From NCBI GenBank assembly GCA_051531975.1, contig JAOPTT010000009.1, positions 256,001-320,000 on the forward strand: DNA of 64,000 nucleotides, read 5' to 3'. The stretch comes from Spirochaetaceae bacterium. GTDB lineage: Bacteria; Spirochaetota; Spirochaetia; DSM-2461. The notes beneath the pieces are model-generated. The model searched no databases. It was not told where the DNA came from and saw only the letters and a list, made by a program, of their open reading frames with translations. The position numbers and the translations under genes were made by a program. How positions within the stretch are numbered: position 1 is the first letter of the stretch; every line of letters begins with the position of its first letter. Shown here piece after piece: positions 58,060 to 64,000 of the stretch.

Positions 58060-60489
58060 TTATTTAACGATTAACTCAATTTTTTTACCACAAAACACTA
58101 TTGTATTTTTAATTTTATTATTCATTACCACGTCTATTTTTATACTCATAGGCATTCCATTAAAGTCACCATTTCTATCATCAATTATTAAAGTACTACT
58201 TTTGTCATTCCATAAAATTCTGGTTATTGAATATCTATCTTTTTCATAATCATTACTCTTACCATCATCTTCATACATTAAAAATTCACCATCTGCATTT
58301 GGATAAATATGAATTTCATACCCTTCATTGGCCCTTTCATCTGCAAATTGGATTCCAGGTCTCATAGGAATTATTGATCCAGCTTTAATAAATATGGGCA
58401 TAACATCAATAGGTGTATCTACAACTAATTCGATTCCGCCTTTATAGTATTTATTTGTATAAAAATCATACCATCCACAACCTTCAGGAAGGTAGCAACT
58501 TATCTGCTTCTTAGTTGCTATTTCTACTCCACCAATGTCAAAATACATTGGTTTTGTTATTGGACAAACCATAATTGATTCACCCATCATAAATTGACTT
58601 TTTATAGTCCTGGCCTTTTCATCATGACTAAAATCAAATAGTAAGCTTCTCATTATGGTTTTATTAAAAAGTCTTACACTTCCGGCTATTGAATATATAT
58701 ATGGAATTAGTTTGTATCTGATATCTATGAATCTTTTAATAGAGTCATAAAACATATCTCCTTCCTCGCCAAAATTCCAAATTTCTCTTGGAGTATCAGT
58801 CCCGTGGGATCTAAACATAGGTAAAAAAGCACCCATTTGAATCCATCGCACATAAAGCTCACAATAGGCCGGATCGTCTATACCGTCTTCATAATCCCCT
58901 TTCCAAAACCAAAATTTATCAGAATTATCAGAACATTTACAACCTCTATTTCTCCAATTTTCTTTAACAACAAAGAAACCACCGATATCTAGAGTCCAAT
59001 ATGGATAACCTGAAAGTCCCATATTTAAACCTTCAACTATCTGTTTTTTCATGGTGTCATAGGTTGCAGTAATATCACCTGACCATAAAAAAGCTGAATA
59101 CTTTTGTGATGACGCATATCCGGAACGTGTTAGATTAACAACACGATTATTTTTAAAATCTTCAATTTGATTATTATATATACCCATTGAATGTACTAAT
59201 GGATATAAATTAGCCTGTTCACTTTTGAGATACTTTTTATGTTCTGTTCCAACAAGATAATATCTTTCCCGTGGCTTCCTTAATTGTGAACCGGTCCAGT
59301 CCGGACTACTAAATGGTTCTACAGAATCACACCACCATGAATCAAAACCTACATCGTATAACCCTTCTTTTGCCTGTTTCCAATATATTTTCCTAGCTTC
59401 TTTATCAAAAGCATCATACGTTGCATAATCAAATAATAGTTGGTCGTTTTTTATAAATTCATCATGATTTTCACAACCGGCGTTCATATTTGGCCAGATA
59501 GAAACCATGGTATGTGCATTCATTTTATGAATATTATCAATACACTCTTTTATATCCCCATAACGAGATTTATCAAGTATTTTATTCCCCCACTTACCAT
59601 CTTCCCAAGTATTCCAATCCTGTACTACACAATCTATAGGAACATTAAGCTCACGGTGTTTTGTAACAATATCTTCTAATTCTTTTGCAGAATAGTACTG
59701 TTCTTTTGATTGAATATAGCCAAAAACCCAACGTGGAAACATTGTAGCTTGACCTGTTAACTTTCTAAAACCATCAATTACATTATCTGGCTTTTCACCT
59801 GCAACAAAATAGTATTCCAAGTGTGGTATTGAATCACAAAACATATATGAATATGGTTTAGAATCATTAAAAATCATTAACGAGCCACAATCAAATAGCA
59901 TTCCATAGCCTGAATCAGATAAAAACATCGGCATTGGAATTCTCATATTATGTTGATATAAATACTGTGTTGTTCCTCTATAATTATATATACCCTCTTC
60001 ACCTTGTCCCAATCCATAAATACCCTCACCATCTTCAAACTCAAAATGAAGCTTTCCACTAAAAGCTTTATGTGTAATTTGTGGAATTAGGTTTCCTACA
60101 AAATTCCGTTCTCCATCTGGTGTTTTCACACGGTTTATAATTGGTTTATCACCGCCTGTGGAATATTCTAATATATCAATTTCATGTAATTCTCTCGATC
60201 CTTCTCTTAATAAACACTTACCATTTTCATCAAAATAACTAAGTTTTTTTGTATTCTTATTAAAAGAAACACTGAGTTCAGACATTTTAACAACAAGGTC
60301 AAATTCTGATTCAATAACATCAAAATCAACATTTATAAAACTATTATGATCAATAATTATGGATTCAGATTCACCAACTCTTTTTTTACTATATATAATT
60401 CGTATAATTTTTTTATTAACAGGTTGAACTTTTAAAATACCATGTTTCAAATAAATTGAAACTCCATTTTTTTCAACTTTATAATTCAT
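58060..60489 (-). CDS. GH31 glycoside hydrolase (alpha-xylosidase-like)
   Basis: YGLGQ, DCVVQDW, nucleophile WWCDSVEP, WSGDI, WTLDIGGF, FRSHG. Confidence 0.9.
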   Translation of the reverse strand: MNYKVEKNGVSIYLKHGILKVQPVNKKIIRIIYSKKRVGESESIIIDHNSFINVDFDVIESEFDLVVKMSELSVSFNKNTKKLSYFDENGKCLLREGSRELHEIDILEYSTGGDKPIINRVKTPDGERNFVGNLIPQITHKAFSGKLHFEFEDGEGIYGLGQGEEGIYNYRGTTQYLYQHNMRIPMPMFLSDSGYGMLFDCGSLMIFNDSKPYSYMFCDSIPHLEYYFVAGEKPDNVIDGFRKLTGQATMFPRWVFGYIQSKEQYYSAKELEDIVTKHRELNVPIDCVVQDWNTWEDGKWGNKILDKSRYGDIKECIDNIHKMNAHTMVSIWPNMNAGCENHDEFIKNDQLLFDYATYDAFDKEARKIYWKQAKEGLYDVGFDSWWCDSVEPFSSPDWTGSQLRKPRERYYLVGTEHKKYLKSEQANLYPLVHSMGIYNNQIEDFKNNRVVNLTRSGYASSQKYSAFLWSGDITATYDTMKKQIVEGLNMGLSGYPYWTLDIGGFFVVKENWRNRGCKCSDNSDKFWFWKGDYEDGIDDPAYCELYVRWIQMGAFLPMFRSHGTDTPREIWNFGEEGDMFYDSIKRFIDIRYKLIPYIYSIAGSVRLFNKTIMRSLLFDFSHDEKARTIKSQFMMGESIMVCPITKPMYFDIGGVEIATKKQISCYLPEGCGWYDFYTNKYYKGGIELVVDTPIDVMPIFIKAGSIIPMRPGIQFADERANEGYEIHIYPNADGEFLMYEDDGKSNDYEKDRYSITRILWNDKSSTLIIDDRNGDFNGMPMSIKIDVVMNNKIKNTIVFCGKKIELIVK

Positions 60490-60536
60490 ATAATTAATCC
60501 CTTAATAACGACCTTATTCTTAATAATTAGTCTGTT

Positions 60537-60940
60537 TTATAAATCTTTCAAATATGGACTTCGATCTTCAACCAAAGTGAGCAAATTACTGACCTCTGAC
60601 CAACAGCTCCCATTGAACACACCACCAACACTACTTAATGTTTCCCAGGAGTATACCGGTCTTTCATCTGTAGACATATACTGGCTGATAGTCGAAGAAA
60701 TTTCCTTATACAGTTCAAGATACAAGACCTGCATCAACAAGGGCAGCGCTTGTTGATCCACCGACTCTAATATTTCCAGTTCCGGTATCTACAAACTGTC
60801 CGATTTGACCATACCGGCTGAATATATCTACAAACTCATCGACGCATTTTTTAGCTCCATAAATTCAAAATGTTTGAAGTGGGTAATAAAAACTAGAAAC
60901 TGCTTTTATATAAGGCTACAAGGTTAATTCCCAGTGACAT
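60537..60940 (-). pseudogene. Internally deleted remnant of an uncharacterised glycosidase-like gene
   Basis: Protein-like fragments in different frames: RYGQIGQFVDTGTGNIRVGGSTSAA and SCWSEVSNLLT; start ATG 60940; multiple stops. Confidence 0.5.
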
Positions 60941-60959
60941 TATTTTCCTTATATAACCT

Positions 60960-62219
60960 CTATTTATCCCCGTTGAATTCTTTTACAGCATCTATAGCTG
61001 CAACAATGTTTTCAAGTGGGGTCTTTGCCTGTATATTATGTATGGCATTAAACACATAACCACCTTCTTTAGCAAATATTTCACATCTCTCCAGAACCTG
61101 GGTTCTAACCTGTTCAGGGGTTCCAAAAGGGAGAATGTTTTGTGTATCAACACCACCGCCCCAGAACACTACATCCTTTCCAAATTCACCTTTTAAAGCA
61201 TTTGCATCCATTCCTGTTGCAGACAGTTGTACGGGATTTAATATATCAAAGCCACTATCAATTAGATCCGGAACAAAAGATGCAATTGCCCCACAGCAGT
61301 GCTTAAAGGTTTTCCAGTTTGTATTGGCATGTATCCAGTCATTAATCTTTTTATAATGTGGTTTCCATAACTCCCTATATGTATCTATAGAACAGAATGT
61401 TCCATTTTGAGTTCCAAAATCTGTTCCACATACAAAAAATGCATCGATTTTATCACCAATTGCATTGTGAATCTTTTCGTAGTTTTTAATTCCAATTTCA
61501 GTCTGTTTTTCAAATAGTTCATAGATATATTCCGGTCTTAATGCTGTAGACATATACCACTCGGTTATATCCCTTATGCCTTTAGGGTTTTTTAACTGGG
61601 GTGCCGGCACACAGGCTATATCCCCCAATGATGTACCGGAGAAATTCCCAATTACACCTTTTCCTGTTGCAGAGGCTCTATCAGCTTCATTAATTAAAAA
61701 TTGTAAATCCTTATCACTTATAGGGCCGAACTCTTCAAGATTATCCTGAACATTCAGATTATCCTCATCAATTGGTTCCTGCCTGATTATCTCATCAAAA
61801 AAATGTCCACTTTTAGGCATTCTTCCACTTGGTCTGGCTGTTAAATCCCCCTGGGGATATAAAAGAGTATCCCCTTTATCATCTATTGTATAATTAAAAT
61901 CTTTTGAAACCAAAACTTTTAACCCATCATTCATAGTCCACTCTTTCCATGCTGTATTTGGAAAACCGAACCATGTATTTCTGGAATTTACTGCTGTAAC
62001 ATCAACACCTATAGCTTCCTGAAGATCCTCTTCCACTAATCCCAAACATTGATAAGGTTCGTAAACTTTTACAAGTTTTTTTTCCAGGCCATAATAATCC
62101 CTTAATTCTGCAACTATACTGGCATGAATACCTGTTACGGCAGTTCCTCCAAAGTCTATTGGAACTTTATCCGGTTGTTTATGGTTAAGACACGCTTGTA
62201 ATCTCTCTTTTGAATTCAC
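60960..62219 (-). CDS. Uroporphyrinogen-decarboxylase/methyltransferase (MtaA-CmuA) superfamily protein
   Basis: PDKVPIDFGGT, GTDFGTQ, FKHCCG, DILNPVQ, WGGGVDTQ, HNIQ; GTG start with AGGAG RBS. Confidence 0.85.
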   Translation of the reverse strand: MNSKERLQACLNHKQPDKVPIDFGGTAVTGIHASIVAELRDYYGLEKKLVKVYEPYQCLGLVEEDLQEAIGVDVTAVNSRNTWFGFPNTAWKEWTMNDGLKVLVSKDFNYTIDDKGDTLLYPQGDLTARPSGRMPKSGHFFDEIIRQEPIDEDNLNVQDNLEEFGPISDKDLQFLINEADRASATGKGVIGNFSGTSLGDIACVPAPQLKNPKGIRDITEWYMSTALRPEYIYELFEKQTEIGIKNYEKIHNAIGDKIDAFFVCGTDFGTQNGTFCSIDTYRELWKPHYKKINDWIHANTNWKTFKHCCGAIASFVPDLIDSGFDILNPVQLSATGMDANALKGEFGKDVVFWGGGVDTQNILPFGTPEQVRTQVLERCEIFAKEGGYVFNAIHNIQAKTPLENIVAAIDAVKEFNGDK

Positions 62220-62276
62220 TTTAATCTCCTTCTTATATTGTTAACATTTTGAAGTCACATCTATATTCTGCAGTCT

Positions 62277-64000
62277 TTACAACTTTCTCCTATAAGCTTC
62301 TATTTTACTTATTGAAAATCTTTCTAAACCAAATGCGAATGTCTGAACAATTCCAAAATACCTTATCTCAGATAAGGGGACATTAATAGTATTAACACCT
62401 TCATGGCCTTTTTGTGAGACTACCGGTCCAATCCATTTTCCGTTTTCGCTCGATATATATACCTCGTATTCTTTCGGGAAACCTTCATTGCAAACAAATA
62501 TTATCTCGTCAATCAAACTATCCGATCCAATATCAGTTACCAGCCACTGCCCCGGTAATTGATAACCATTAAATTCCCACGTTGTATCATCAAGTCCATC
62601 AACTGCTAAAGAAGGTATTCCTGCAATATGAGGATTTGTATGGTTATCTAAAGCTGTAAAACCAGAAGTCACCAGCCATTTATTCCGGGTAAAATTTTTG
62701 TTACCCAAATCAAAATGCTCATTTACAACTGTATTTGTTTGGAAATTTGTATTATATATTTCAAGGTTATTTATAGCCCACCATAATGAAGTTTCATCAG
62801 CTGTAATTACAAATTTAATATACCTCATAAACACTTTGGGAAAGCTGACTTCATATTTACCATTATTAAAATTTACTTCAATTAGTAATTTCCCCCATTT
62901 TATTTTATCTTCAGAAACATAAATGTCGAACTTCCCGGGATAGTTTTTGTCGCAATACAGCTCAAGTCTATTAAATGATTGACTGCACCCCATATCTGCC
63001 AAAAACCACTGGCCGGAAAGCTGAGGTTTACCTGAAGTCCATCTGGTATAGGAATTCCCATCAATTGTATTTTTAGCAATATTTTTATACCAACTGTCAA
63101 ATGCTTCAAATTTCCACTCTTTCGGATTTAACATACCCAGTTTTAATTCACTTTTACTGAATGGAAAATCATCTTTAAGTCCAATAGAGTCTACTGGTAT
63201 ATCTGTAAATCCTGATTCATAGGCAGGAGAATTTTCACTCAACTTAAAATCTCCATTCTCTGTATTTACAAATAATGGATCACTAATCAATGAATTATTA
63301 TCAAAACCAGTTGTCTTATTCCAATCATTCAGATTAGTAACATCTTCAATTCTGGAGAATTTGTAGTTATTATTGCTATTATAAAATATATTATCATCTG
63401 ATTCTTTTATATTTTCATAGGAACAATTTGCAAAATCATAGATCGTGTCACCTGAATTATAAATAATGTTATTTTTGATTGTTACCAAATCTAATTCCAT
63501 CAAACTGAATGCTTGATGCGTGAGGTTGTTTACCATAACATTATTTTGTATTACGTTATTAGTACCTTTTATACACATACAGCATGCATTGTTTATATTG
63601 TATAAAATATTATTCGTAACGCTAAAATAACTAGCACCATCATCGAGATATATACCTAATCCAGTTCCCATTGGTGTACCACTATCGTGAACTAAATTAT
63701 TATGTATAATATTTCCTTTCCCTGCAGCCCAGGCTTCAATAGGTCCAGAGTCCTGTGAATCCTTATTTGCCCCGGATACATCATTAAAAGCAATATAGTT
63801 ATCTCTTGAATGAATAAAATCCCAATGATTTTCCCAAGTGACTGGAATATCTTCAATATACTTTCCTTCCATCCTGTTATACTGTAATCCCTTTAAGGAA
63901 ATGCAATATCTTGGAAAGTCATAAACTCTATTATTAGTGATTATATTATTACCACTTTGATTTATTTGAATTCCAGAACCATGTCCAACGGTTTTTCCAC
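62277..64000 (-). CDS. Right-handed beta-helix protein (GH141-like) with two C-terminal F5/8 type C (discoidin/CBM32) domains, 5'-partial
   Basis: Frame open to window end; DSGPIEAW, GIYLDDGAS, Asn-ladder repeats; IDGNSYTRWTS...QW..DMG and VDGLDDTTW...QW..DIG. Confidence 0.8.
   Translation of the reverse strand, partial: GKTVGHGSGIQINQSGNNIITNNRVYDFPRYCISLKGLQYNRMEGKYIEDIPVTWENHWDFIHSRDNYIAFNDVSGANKDSQDSGPIEAWAAGKGNIIHNNLVHDSGTPMGTGLGIYLDDGASYFSVTNNILYNINNACCMCIKGTNNVIQNNVMVNNLTHQAFSLMELDLVTIKNNIIYNSGDTIYDFANCSYENIKESDDNIFYNSNNNYKFSRIEDVTNLNDWNKTTGFDNNSLISDPLFVNTENGDFKLSENSPAYESGFTDIPVDSIGLKDDFPFSKSELKLGMLNPKEWKFEAFDSWYKNIAKNTIDGNSYTRWTSGKPQLSGQWFLADMGCSQSFNRLELYCDKNYPGKFDIYVSEDKIKWGKLLIEVNFNNGKYEVSFPKVFMRYIKFVITADETSLWWAINNLEIYNTNFQTNTVVNEHFDLGNKNFTRNKWLVTSGFTALDNHTNPHIAGIPSLAVDGLDDTTWEFNGYQLPGQWLVTDIGSDSLIDEIIFVCNEGFPKEYEVYISSENGKWIGPVVSQKGHEGVNTINVPLSEIRYFGIVQTFAFGLERFSISKIEAYRRKL

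Overview
AT-rich bacterial chromosome segment, most likely from a free-living anaerobic spirochaete (inferred from Cys-less 'LFASGQ.E/LFANG.KE' solute-binding-protein leaders and a spirochaete-type ssb). It is dominated by carbohydrate loci. (1) 5.4-21.1 kb is a sulfoquinovose (SQ) catabolic cluster of the sulfoglycolytic transketolase type ending in sulfoacetate: YihQ-type sulfoquinovosidase, ABC importer, split transketolase, RpiB-type isomerase, SauS/SqwD-like acylating dehydrogenase, SucCD-like ligase and a DASS transporter. A 21-bp palindrome found three times ties it to a ROK repressor. It lacks a canonical SQ isomerase but shares the palindrome with a KduI/IolB-like cupin, a candidate new SQ isomerase. 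(2) 26.4-39.1 kb is an AraFGH-like importer with a sigma54 promoter. Divergent from it are an NtrC-type regulator and an unusual soluble ABC-ATPase/PAS/histidine-kinase fusion; downstream are a chemoreceptor and a dehydratase-SDR-lactonase-RraA aldolase operon. (3) Housekeeping genes: rex-serC-serA, znuA, aspS, nifS-nifU. (4) A decayed islet at 54.5-57.9 kb holds a 116-bp direct repeat, a frameshifted ssb and an Rpn pseudogene. The Rpn gene is broken by a 41-bp hairpin micro-element that has a diverged second copy between rex and serC. (5) A GH31/beta-helix glycan locus runs off the right end. Several genes appear to be leaderless. No rRNA, tRNA or CRISPR array was seen.
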